A stretch of 64,000 nt of DNA, taken from assembly GCA_016748015.1 (NCBI GenBank), contig JAAOMT010000098.1, positions 325,635-389,634 of the forward strand, read 5' to 3'. This document shows positions 14,601-27,041 of the stretch, piece after piece. The notes below the pieces were generated by a model. That model did not search any database and was not told the DNA's origin. It worked only from the letters and a program-made list of their open reading frames with translations. The first letter of the stretch is position 1, and the number at the start of each line of letters is the position of its first letter. Both the position numbers and the translations under genes were made by a program. This DNA comes from Geosiphon pyriformis uo1. Taxonomy: Eukaryota > Fungi > Glomeromycota.

Positions 14601-15433
14601 TTGTAATATTTGGACCTATAATATATTTTTTTGACCTTTGACAAGTAATACAAAATTTTTTCTCTGCTCTTACTATTATTAAACATGATGCATATTTTGA
14701 AAGCCTCCTAATTATCAATAGTGGATTATATATCAAAAAGCTAATTGGCTCCTAACTTTTGTTTTGAACTCAAATATTTTACTATTTTGGCTACTAGTAA
14801 TTTCAATCTAAAGAATTTTGATGACTGCATATTTCTTAAACATCAAACTCACTAAACCAGAACTTAGAAAATACTTCATTAGCAAAGCTTATTATTACCT
14901 TCTTAAAAATTTTTTACATAGTATCCAAATTTTCACTATTTCTTACACCATTGAATTTATTCAACTTTTCCAAAAATTTGTTTAATGAATACTTTCTAAA
15001 ATATAACTACTTATTAACATCTGTATCTTTAATCCTGAACTTTCATTTATTTTTGTTAGCCTGTTTATAATTGCTATTAAGATGGGCATCCAAGAAACCA
15101 CTCAGACCAATTGAAACCAAAACAGTATTGTGATCCATATCAAAAAATTCAGAACAGAAACAACTTTATGACTGGTTACTGCAAATAACAAACTCTTACT
15201 TACAAAAATGTAATTAATAACCTTCACAGCACTTTTTGAATTGCTTCAAATAGAAACTTTGACCAGTGAATACCCACTAAAAGAATTAACCAAACCCAAA
15301 TCCAAGCAAAACCTAAAACTTGCATTTTTCTTAGATCTATTTTCATTGAAATCTCTACTTAAAACTGCAAATGTAAAGGAATTAACAGCCCTAGCAATAA
15401 AAAAGTTGATTTTTAAAGCCTGATCGAACCTGG
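11606..15433 (-). mobile_element. LINE L1 (family B), 3' segment of ORF2 (APE C-part, RT, RNase H, Zn motif); 3' end deleted
   Basis: Minus-strand ORF fragments match L2 ORF2 (KKLPDRKAAGIFGILNELWKH; NNISINTDKIVAIPIN; TIYTDNS...IELQVIALALE). Confidence 0.9.
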
Positions 15434-16239
15434 TGTTACTCATAAAAAAAGAAAACAGATATAAAAAAATAGTAGACCAATAAGTGAGTAGTAGTCAGCA
15501 CATAAGCATATTGTTTAGCAATGTGGAGTAATGTCAAGAAGATATGACACATTGCTCAGCAATGTAAACATTGTTTGAGAAATTATAGCACATTACTTAA
15601 GAATGTGAGCAATCTTATAGAACCCAAGTTATGTATATATAGCAGTAGTGCTAAAAGTAAAAAGAACAGAATCTTTTAGTTAAAAATCTTCCATTCAAAA
15701 ATATTAAATAAATAAACCATTCACCATTCAAATCCACTTTCCACTATCAACATAAAGTGTTGATAGTAATTGCTACTTAACCCACTCTGGAACAATGGCT
15801 CTTAATCACGACTATTAATGGATATTAAACTTGTGCATTGTCTTGACTCATTTCTTTATTTTCTTTTATTTTCTTTTCTTTCTTTGATTTTATTGCTGTA
15901 TACTAATAGATAAGAGATTAAAATGCTGAGTAATTGACGTCATAGATAGCCTGGTAAAAGACCCAGAATAAGGGTAAAATTATATATATATTAACAAATA
16001 GCTTACCAGAAAGACACGACTGCCAGAATAAACTGGCCACCAAGCTAAAGACAGAAATTGAGAACACAACTTACTAACCAACTACATTATCATTGAATCT
16101 CTGCCCATTATACAAAAGACTCAACTTTAAAACCTTCAAATACAACTACTATACTAGTATTACCAGCATTATTAAGATATTAAACACCAAGTTATAGATT
16201 TGTTATTTGATTTGAGACCCCAAATAATCATCTGTAACA
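15434..16239 (+). repeat. E4 5' LTR (CATTGCTCAGCAATG subtype)
   Basis: TGTTACTCAT...TGTAACA, followed by TT and PBS TGGTGCTTTCTGTGAGG (16242-16258). Confidence 0.95.
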
Positions 16240-16301
16240 TTTGGTGCTTTCTGTGAGGTATAATCCTAAAAAAAACCAGCACCATCAACAATCATCTAAA
16301 A

Positions 16302-19300
16302 GTGGCAGAATCAGAAATCATAGAAACAAACCATCTAGGATTTGCCAAATCCTTATTCCAACAGTACAGTCAACAATTAGGATTAAACAATAATCATTTC
16401 CCAACAAAATCAGCCTTCAACTTTTATGTCAATGATAAAATCACAGACTGCTTAGGAGGAATAGTTAACATTGAATCAGCAAAAAAAAAATTCTATACGG
16501 AATTATTTCAACATACTAGCTTACCAAAAAACTACAGTTTTGCCCCAATTATTAGGGAAATCAATTAAACTATCAAAAGGTATACACAACAACAATTCCC
16601 CATCACCTACACAGATAAAAGGGAAGATTGCAAACCTCAGCAGTAACACCAAAACAAATACAACCACCCAATTAGAAAAAAACCCAAGTTGAATCACCCT
16701 CCAATCCATCATATTATTATATGCCCAGAAGTGCCATTAACATCTTATCAACAAATACATCCACATCAAACACAACATCAACCTTTAGATGCTTCCTATT
16801 TCAAAGTAAACAAAGAAAAGCAGAGTTATTAGAACCATATGGCGATTACTTTGAAGGATTTAAATTGTGATCGCCAACACCATCAGGATTCTGATCACTA
16901 CCACCTCAACCAGATTTTGGAAACATGAGTTTTTGGGAAATAACGAAATCAGAAGAAGAGAAAAAAGAAGAATCTAAAAATCAAAAATTTACTTATCAGA
17001 ACCCAATTATGAAAAACATGGAATTTGGAATCCTGAATCTTCAAACCCAGTAAATTAAAATTTAGAAAATCTGGAAATTGAAACTCCGAATATTCAACCA
17101 CTGCCAAATCAAAACAATCAAAACCCTGATTTAATTAATCAACCAGACCTATTTTTTGTTATTATTATTAACCCACCACCAGTTGAACCAATTGACCAGC
17201 CACTACAACAACCACACCAGTAGATTCAACAACCACTACAACCCAACTTAGATCTAATGGCATATGCACCAATAGTCAAACTCAAAAAATTCACTAGTGA
17301 AGAGGACAACACCCAAGTATAGGTAAATAATATGAAGAAAGCCATCGCAGCTAATGGATGGAATGATGCCAGAGCCATGCAAGCCATCTCATATTTTCTC
17401 CAGGATACTGCTGATTTATGATACCAAAGCTTGGTCAACAAACTCCAAGATTTTAATGCATTCAAAATTGAGTTCTTAAGATACTTCAGCAACAATAACA
17501 GCATTAACAGACTAGTGAACATATTCATTACCATCAAACAAGGAGAAAATGAAGCAGTTACCACTTACTTAGAATGCTTCCACAGAAATCTGCACCAGAT
17601 CCAAGCCATTGATGCCAATTATTTTACAGTGGCCCAGATCTTAAATCAGTTTATTTGCGGATTATGCAGTAGCATTCTGCAACGCATACATCCAATGCAT
17701 TTTGTTGATCTGCAAGCAGCTGTCACAAATGCCAGAGATTTTGAAGCTGTTGAACTCGAAGCTAACCATGCCCAAACAGTTAATCTAGTAATAAATAGAT
17801 CATCTGAATTGGATTCCAAATTGAAAAAATTTAGTGATTCCATTAATCAGAAATTAGAGGGATACTTAGCTGACAATCGCACAATTTATCAATCACTACA
17901 ACAACGCAATAATTCTGGAAATGCGAATCGTTTTCAGAGTCAATCACATCCATTATTGTCAACCAATCAACAGTGGCAACAGAAAATGTGTGTTTGCTAC
18001 TATTGTGGTAAACAAGGACATCTACAAATCGATTGTCATCATTACTTAAATAACCAATGATCAGGAAATCAATATCAAAACCCTGATTGCCAGTTTCAAA
18101 TTCCGAATAACCTACCAAACTCAGAGCCATATCATCAGAATTACTTACCTATGATATAGCAGCCACTTTATCAACCACCAATATATCAAGTGCCAATTTA
18201 TTAACCAATGACATTATCAATCTATCAACCCCAGTCCCAACCCATTTATTAGCCACAGCCTCGAGTAATTTATCAGCCTCAACAAATTCAAACACTGCTA
18301 CAGAATTTACCTCAAAATAGAACTCAAAGGCTGAGATTGATCCAACAAAGCTGAAGATTGTCAATAATAGTCCACCAACTGATTCCCAGTTCTTCCACAC
18401 AACCCACAGGATTTCAACAACAGAATTTGGGTACTGGGTACACCCAAAACCCAAATTTTCAGAACTATTTAAGCCTTCTGGTCACCCCAGAAGATGCCCA
18501 ACCCAATAACCCGGAAACCAACTAACACCCAATACTTACCAGCAATATTCTGCTAGCTACCATTACTAAAAACAAATTACTGGACACCATTTTCCCGTTT
18601 GAACTTAAAAAACCATCAACCACACCAGTCCCATTATTTAGTGGAACCACTCTTAACACCAAACCAATTACTGCTATATATACTGACATGAAAGTTGATG
18701 GCCATGCCATCAAACTGATCCTAGATAGTAGATTAGTTGGCAGCATCATCACATGACAACTCATGAACCAATTAAGTTACCGAGTTGATTGTGCTGCTAG
18801 CACATGCATAATTACTGCTGATAGAGTGACTAAAACTCCAATTAGTAAAATCGATGACTTCTCTTTTAAAGTCAACAGCATCATTACTTCCATTAAAGTT
18901 CTAGTAATAAAAGCAACACAATATCAAGCATTGATAGGCAATGATTGGTTATTCAAAACTAATGTCATATTTAATTGGACCAGTCCAAAATTACAACTCA
19001 GTCAAAACAGTTAATACACATGTGTACCAGCCACGTGTGGCCATTTCAAGACCACCAACTCAACAATCCTGCTTATTGAATTTGAAGAAGAAAAGGAAAA
19101 ACCTACCTGAGAAGCTTATCAAGTGTCCTGGGCCAACAAAGATCACAACAAACTACTGCCTATACTTTCTTAGAATGATAATGGCAAAGGAAAACAGAAG
19201 GAGACTAAACTTACCTGAAATACTGACCAAACTTGGAAAATTAACAATAATCAGGATGAACTAACTTAGGAGTGGATAGATGATAATAGTAAGGGAAAAG

Positions 19301-19926
19301 GAAAAGAGAAAGAGAAGGAAACAACACCTACCAACAGCACTTATAGTTCACATGCTTACATTTTACTACTGCCATTTGGCTATCGCTAATTAAAACTAGT
19401 ATGCATTGATTGTGGCAAAAAATTGTCATCAATGGGTGCATGCTGTGATAATGATAAAGAATACCAAATGGTAACCAAATTCTACTGTTACGTATGCATT
19501 ATAAAATGCTTTGGATGACCAAAACAGCAAGGAAAATAGGACAACAAATTTTGTCTAGCTTGTAGAAAAACCTTATTCAATAAAGGAAATAACATTTCTG
19601 GTTGAAAAGAAACGTGCAACACTTTGTGTCAGTACATGATCCTTATCAGTGATTGGATTAAAAAAGAGACATCAATAGAAGCCACCTAGAAAAAAGCTGT
19701 ACAACAATTAGACAATTGTCCACACGATGACGATGAAATTTGAAGAATGACAATAGCCAAAATAGAAAAAACATTACCTGAAAAAGTCAGGGAAATCAAA
19801 AACAACCCACCAGAATCCATAGAGCTTAACTGAGACCCAGAACCAGTCATAAATCTTCTAGATTCAGAACAATTTCATAAACACTATTAGGAATAAGCAC
19901 TCACTAAAAAAGAGTAAGAACAATAC
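16302..19926 (+). pseudogene. gag-pol: E4 gag-pol, 5' part: Gag N-extension, capsid, CCHC knuckle, YQP-rich linker, aspartic protease, Cys-rich domain
   Basis: ORF 17431-18060 (TIKQGENEAVTTYL...CYYCGKQGHLQIDC); the same frame continues to LILDS(R/G) protease; premature stops. Confidence 0.9.
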
Positions 19927-20792
19927 TATTACTCATAAAAAAAAACAGATATAGAAAAATAGTAGACCAATAAGAGAATAGTATTTAGTATGTGAACACA
20001 TTACTCAGCAATGTGGAGCAATGTGAAACAATGTCAGAAAACACGGCATATTGCTTAGTAATGTGAAGCAATGTTAAAAAATTAAAGCACATCACTCAAT
20101 AATGTGAGTATTGCTCAAGAAATCATAGCACATTACTTGGAAATGTAAGCGATCTTGTAGAACATCAATTATGTATATATAGCAGTAGCATTAGAAGTAA
20201 AAAGGGCAGAATCCTTTTGTTAAAAATCTTAAAATCACAAATATTAAATAAATAAATCATCTACTATCCAAATTCACTCTCTACTATCAACACTTCATGT
20301 TGATAGCAAGTAATACTTAACCACACTGGAACAATAGCTCTTAATCACAGTTATTGACAGGATACTAACTTGTTCATTGCCTTGGCTTATTCTTTATTTT
20401 TCTTTTTTTTCTTTTTCTTTTTTTTAATTTTGATTTTGTTGGTTACTAAAACTTGATTAAAGATTAAAGTGCTGAGTTATTGACATTACAGATAGCCTGG
20501 TAAAAGACCCAAAAATAAGGGTAGAATTATATATATATTATCAGATAGCTTACCAGAAAGACACAAATGCCAGAATAAATCTGGCCACCAAGCTGAAAAA
20601 GAAATTGGAAAACAACTTACAAAAAAACTGCTAATAACATAAACAAGAAATCTCTGTCTATTATACAAAGGACTCAACTTTAAAACCTTCAGACACCACC
20701 AATGTACTAGTATCACCAGTCTTGTCAAAATATTGAGCACCAAGTTATGGATTTGTTATTTAATTTGAGACCCCAAATAATCATCTGTAATA
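19927..20792 (+). repeat. E5 5' LTR
   Basis: Direct repeat of 29115-30009. Confidence 0.95.
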
Positions 20793-20854
20793 TTTGGTGC
20801 TCTCTGTGAGGTATAATCCTACAGAGAACCAGCACCATCAACAATCATCCAAAA

Positions 20855-23800
20855 GTGGCAGAATCAGAAATCATAGAGACAAACCATTTAGGATTCGCCA
20901 AATCTTTATTTTAATAGTACAGTCAATAATTAGGATTGAACAATAATCATTTCCCAGCAGAATTAGCCTTCAACTTCTACATTAACAATAAAATCAAAGA
21001 TTGCTTAGGAGGAACAGTTAACATTAAATCAGCAAGAGAAAACTTCTATACAGAATTATTTCAACATACCAGCTTACCAAAAAACTACAGTTTCACACCA
21101 ATTATTAGGGAAATTAATTAAACTATTAAAAAGTATACACAACAACAATTCCTCATCACCTATGCAGATAAAAGCAAAGGAAGATTGCAAACCCCAGCAG
21201 TAACACTAAAACAAATCCAACCATTCAATTAGAAGAAAATTTGAGTTGAATCATCCACCAATCTATCATACCATTATATGTCTGGAAGTGTTATCAACAT
21301 CTCATTAACAGACACATCTACATCAAACGTGACATCAACCTTTGGACACTTCCTATTTCAAAGTAAACAACAAAAAGCAGAATTATTAGGACCATATGGT
21401 GATTACTTTGAAGAATTTAAATTACAATCGCCAACACCATCAGGATTTTGATCACCACTATTGCAGCCAGATTTCAGAACTGCAAATCTCTGAGAATTAA
21501 CAGAATCAGAAAAGAAACAAGAAAAATAAAAATCTGAAGATTAAGAATTTACTTACCAGAACCCGATCTCAGAAAACCTGGAAATTGAAACTCCAAATTT
21601 TCAAACACAACACAATCAGCACAATCAAAACCCCAACATTAATAATCAACAACACTTACCTTCAGTAATTGTGATCAATCCATCTACAGTTCCACCAATT
21701 GACGAATAATAACAACAGTCACTTCAACCACCTCAACTACCATAGCAGCTGCAACAACAACTTCAACAACTAAACTTAAATCTAATGGCCTACGCTCCAA
21801 TAGCAAAACTCAAAAAATTTACTGGCAAAGAGGATGACATCCAAATATGACTTAATGATATAAAAAAAACCATTGTGGCTAATAGATGGAATGATGCCAA
21901 AGCCATGCAAACCATCCCATATTTTTTCCAGGATACTGCCAATTCATGGTACCAAAGTCTGGTCAACAAACTCCAAGATTTCAATGCATTCAAAATAGAA
22001 TTCTTAAGATACTTCAGCAACAATAACAGCATTAACAGACTAGCAAACATCTTTACTATTATCAAACAAGAAGAAAATAAAGCAGTCACTACTTACTTAG
22101 GACACTTCTACAGGAATCTGCATCAGATCCAAGTTATCAACCCCAATTATTTCACAGTAGCCCAGATTCTAAATCAGTTTATTCATAGATTATACAGTAG
22201 TATTCTACAATGAATACATTCAATGCATCCTATCGATCTGCAAGCAGCCATCACAAATGTCAGAGATTTTGAAGCCGCTGAACTTGAAGCTAACCACACT
22301 CAAACTGTTAATCTAGTAATGAATAAATTATCTGAATTGGATTCCAAACTGAAACAATTTAGTGATTCCATCAATCAGAAATTAGAGGGATACTTAGCTG
22401 ACAATCATGCAATTTATTGATTACCACAACGACACAATAATTCCAGAAATGCGAATTGTTTCCAGAATCAGTCACATTCATTATTGTCAACCAATCAACA
22501 GTGGCAACAGAAAATGTGTGTTTGCCACTATTGTGGTAAACAAGGACACTTACAAATTGATTGCCACCATTGCTTAAATAACCAACAATCAGGAAATCAA
22601 TATTGAAAACCCAATTGCCAGTTTTAAATTCTGAATAACCCACCAAACTCCGAACCATATCATCAGAATTACTTACCTAGAATGCAGCAAACATCTTATC
22701 AACTACCAGTATATCAAATGCCAATTTATTAACTGACAACACCAGTAATTTATCAGCCACAGCCACAATCCATTTATCAGCCGCAGCCTTAGGTAATATA
22801 TTAGCCCCAACAAATTCAAACACCACCACAAAACTTATCTCAAAATGGAACCTGAAGGCTGAGATTGATCCAACAAAGCTGGAGATTATCAATGATAGTC
22901 CATCAACCAATCTCCAGTCCCATGGCACAACCATCAGGCTTTTGGCAATAGAATTTGGGCACTGGGTATGCCCAAAACCTGAATTCCCAAAACTATTTAA
23001 GCTTTCTGGTCACCCCAGAAGACACCCAACCCAATAACCTGGAAACCAACCAACACCCAACACTTAACAGCAACATTCTGTCAGCTACCATTACTAAAAA
23101 CGAATTGCTGGATGCCATCTTTCTGTTTAAACTCGAAGAACTGTCAACCACACCATTATTTAGTGAAGTCATTCTGAAAGAAAAACCCATGACTGCTATG
23201 TACATTGATGCCAAAGTTGATGGCCACTCCATCAAACTGATCCTGGACAGTGGATCAGCTGGCAGCATAATTACAAAACAACTCATGGACCAATTAGGTC
23301 GCCAAGTTGATTAAGCTGCCAGCACATGCATCATCACAGCTGATGAAGTGACCAAAACTCCAATCAGTAAAATCAATAACTTCCCAATTGAGATCAATGG
23401 CATCACAATACCCATCAAAGTTTTTGTGATGGAAGCCACCCAGTACCAAGTGCTAATTGGTAATAACTGGCTTATCAAAACAAATGCTATTCTCGATTGG
23501 ACCACTTAGGAGTTACAGCTTAGCCAGAATGGCCAACACACAAAGGTACCAGCAATGTGTGGCCATTTTAAACCCAGCATTATGCCAGTTCCACTAATTA
23601 AGTTTGAGATAAAGGAAAGGAAACCAACATAAGAGGCATATCAAGTCTTGTGGACTGATAAAGACCACAACAAACTGCTGCCAATACTATTATAAGATGA
23701 CAACAGAAAGAGAAAACAAAGAGAAAAACTTACCTGGAAGACTGACAATCTGACCTGAACTGACAACGACAAAAATGAGCCAACACCAAACTGGAAATGA

Positions 23801-26800
23801 AAAGAAGAAAATGATAAAGAAAAGGGAAAAGAAAAAGAAGAAGAAACAACAACCACCAACACCACTTCTTCTAACTCCTACACTTACACTATACCACCGT
23901 GATCTATCTATTGTCGACCAAAACTTATATGCATCAATTGTGGCAAGAAATTGTTGTTAATGAGTGCATGCTGTGACAATAATGAAGAATATGCAATAGT
24001 GACCAAATTCTACTACCATGCATGTGTCATAAAAAGGTTTGGATGACCAAAGAAGCAAAAAAAATGGGACAACCAACCTTGTCTCATTTGTGGAGAAACT
24101 TTCTTGGATGAAAAAATGTGGAACAACATTCCAGGGTGAAAAGGAACATGTAACAAATTGTGCCAATACACAATTCTAATCAGCGACTGAATAAGGAAAG
24201 GAACACTAATAGAAGCAGTCTGGAGAAGAGCAGTACAACAATTGAACAGTTGTCCACATGATGATGACAAGATCTGGCAAATGGCAATTGCAAAAATAGA
24301 AGGAGCAATATCTGAAAAAATTAGAGAGATTAAAAACAACTCATCAGAGCCTATAGAACTTGACTGGGATGAAGAACCAGCCATAAATTTCCTGAAACCA
24401 GAAGAATTTCATGAACACTATCAAATTTTGGCACCCACAAGAGAAGAATAGGAAAAGCATTTAGCACAGTTAAATACTCAACTATGTGACCACTGTTTAA
24501 TTCTATGTGACTTTCAATATTGTAATGAGTGTGATCTCATTTACAATCCACCACCACGCATAATCTACACGATTCCAGAGGAAAAAGAACCAATTAGCAG
24601 CTGCACATCAGAATTGGAATAAACTTTCAATCCTAATTCAAACTCCAACAATGACGACTACAAAAACAACAGCTTTAGTTCTGCTCTAAATAACAATGAA
24701 AATTACAACAATTCAAACTCTAATTCAAACCCCAAAACATTTATTGCACTTCCTGATCTTTTCAAGGAACAGGAACTCAAATGGAATAGTGATAATAATA
24801 AAGGTATTATGCCAGAATGCGCACATAATACTGACACAAGTTTTGATCTAAGATATCTGGGAAAAGAAGCCATCAAATTGGAACTAAAGTCATGCACATA
24901 TATTGATCTTAAAATAGCTCTGGAAATTCCAGCCACAACAATGGTCCAATTAGCATCTAAGAGCAGTTTAGTAAAAAAAGAAATCAAGATTAGAGGAGGA
25001 ATAATTGATGCAGAATACATAAGAAATATCATCGCCATGCTACAAAATGACTCAGAAAAGACCTATATTATAGAACCAAATGAAAAGATAACACAGGCAA
25101 TATTCTTACCTCTGGTGAAAATAGTTCAGTTAGTTTTAGTGGAAAAGAGGGAAAAATTAAGTATAACAGCAAAAGGGATACAGGGATTTGGATCAATGGA
25201 TAGAATAGATATATTAGTTAATATGACAGAGGAAGAAATTGTTGACAAAGGAGAAATTATCTCAACCCATCAAACAATTTCCATTCCGCCATACAACCAG
25301 TATATGTTAGCCATAAAAAGGAAAATAAGAGATCAAGCTCAATTGTTTGAAGCAGAAGCCACTAATTGTAAATCAAGAGAAATTGGACTCACCAATCTTT
25401 ACATATCAGCCAAAAGCCCCAAAAATATCAAAATTCTTATCTACAACACAACTAGAAGTGTTATCAAAATACCAAAGAGAACTATCATTGGATATTTAAC
25501 CACCAAAGTTGAGAATCAACCACCAAACCACATTCTGAACTTTTCACAGCTTTGTGGATATGTGGATATTATATTATAAACCATCTACAGAAGAAGTGAA
25601 TGTTATTTGCTTCAACCAGAACAATTAGAACAGATGAACATGGGGAATCTAGATTCACTTCAACAGATGCAACTCAAGATGTTACTCAACAATTTCAATG
25701 ACATTTTTGCCAGCGAAAATGAATTTGGCTGAACTAACATCATCTAGCATCAGATCAAGACTGAAGATGCAATGCCAATTAAACAAAGAGCATACAGAAT
25801 ACCATCAGCTAGCCATGAGATTATTCATTTAGAAATTAACTGAATGCTTGACAATAGGCTAATTTAGCCATCAATGAGTCTATGGTCATCACCAGTAGTA
25901 CTAGTCCGAAAGAAAAATAGAAAAATCTGCTTTTGTGTAGATTACTGGAAACTGAATGGAATAACAAAAAATAATAGCTATTCAATGCTTTTGGAGAAAA
26001 TAAATGGTTTTCAACACTAGATTTAGATAGTGAATACTGGCAAGTAGCCATGGATCCAGCTGACAAAGAAAAAACAGTGTTCACCACAAGAGAAGGAAAT
26101 TTTGAGTTTGAAGTCATGCCATTTGGCTTGATGAATGCTCCAGCAACATTCCAATGGCTCATGGAGATTGTCTATACTGAATTACTATAGAAATCAGTAG
26201 TTGTATACTTGGATGACACCAATGTGTTCTTAAAAACATTTAATAATCATCTGCACCATCTCCAACAAGTGTTCAAAAGATTAAAAAGAGCAGAATTGAA
26301 ACTAAATGCAACTAAATGCTTCTTTGGAAAAACTGAACTCAAGTTTTTGGGACATGTAATAAGCAAAAATAAAATCAAAATGGATCCAGACAAGATTGAA
26401 GTAGTTAAGAACTTTCCGGTACTAACCAACTTAACAGAACTAAGAGCATTTTTAGGTTTCGCAGACTATTATTGCCGTTTTATCAAAGACTTTTCAAAAC
26501 TGGCTCAGCCATTTTACCATCTACAGACCAAAAATATGAAGTATGAATGGACTGAAGCTCAACAAAAAGCATTTGACACATTAAAAAGAAAGCTTATCCA
26601 AGCTCCAGTATTAATATATCCAGATCACAGCAAACCATTCATAATCACCACTAATGTATCAGGTCAAACATTGAGAGCAGTACTATCACAGAAAAAATCA
26701 GATGAAAGAGAACATCCAGTAGCTTACATTAGTAGAAGCTTAAGTCCAGCTGAGAAAAACTATGGAACTTCAGCACTAGAATACTTAGTTATCTATTGGG

Positions 26801-27009
26801 CTGTCATCAAATAGAGAGAATACTTGAGTCAAAAGTTTGAAGTGTACACTGATCACAAAGGATTGACTTCAATTCAGAAACAAAAATTTGCAGATGATCA
26901 CCATACCAGATAGAAAATAAAACTTTCACCATTTAATTATACAGTACATTATAAAAGAGGAAAAAACAATGGAAATACTGATAAACTGTTATGAATAAGA
27001 CAAATCTAA
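20855..27009 (+). pseudogene. gag-pol: E5 ORF1: Gag-PR-Cys-rich-dUTPase-RT-RNaseH
   Basis: ORF pieces at 20936, 21875, 22223, 22955, 24242 and 24809 all share one frame. LILDSGSAGSII at ~23246; YLDD at 26206-26217; RNase H with HPVAYISRSLSPAEKNY. Confidence 0.92.
24809..25205 (+). pseudogene. dut: dUTPase domain within E5 pol
   Basis: Recognisable motifs 1-5 of trimeric dUTPases: DTSFDL, ASKSS, GGIIDAEY, KITQ, KGIQGFGS. Confidence 0.88.
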
Positions 27010-27041
27010 AAACATTTCAAAAAAAAAAAATATAACAAAAG

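Noticed and set aside
16242-16258. tRNA gene
   Set aside because: Only a ~17-nt complement of a tRNA 3' end (the PBS); no cloverleaf.
18110-18500. Second overlapping frame in gag (…KAEIDPTKL…EFGHW.PKPEF)
   Set aside because: Its openness is explained by the YQP codon composition. It has no start or slippery site, and the main frame already reaches PR.
17226-18764. Many short antisense ORFs over gag/pol and LINE ORFs
   Set aside because: They are shadow frames of TE coding strands with no recognisable motifs.
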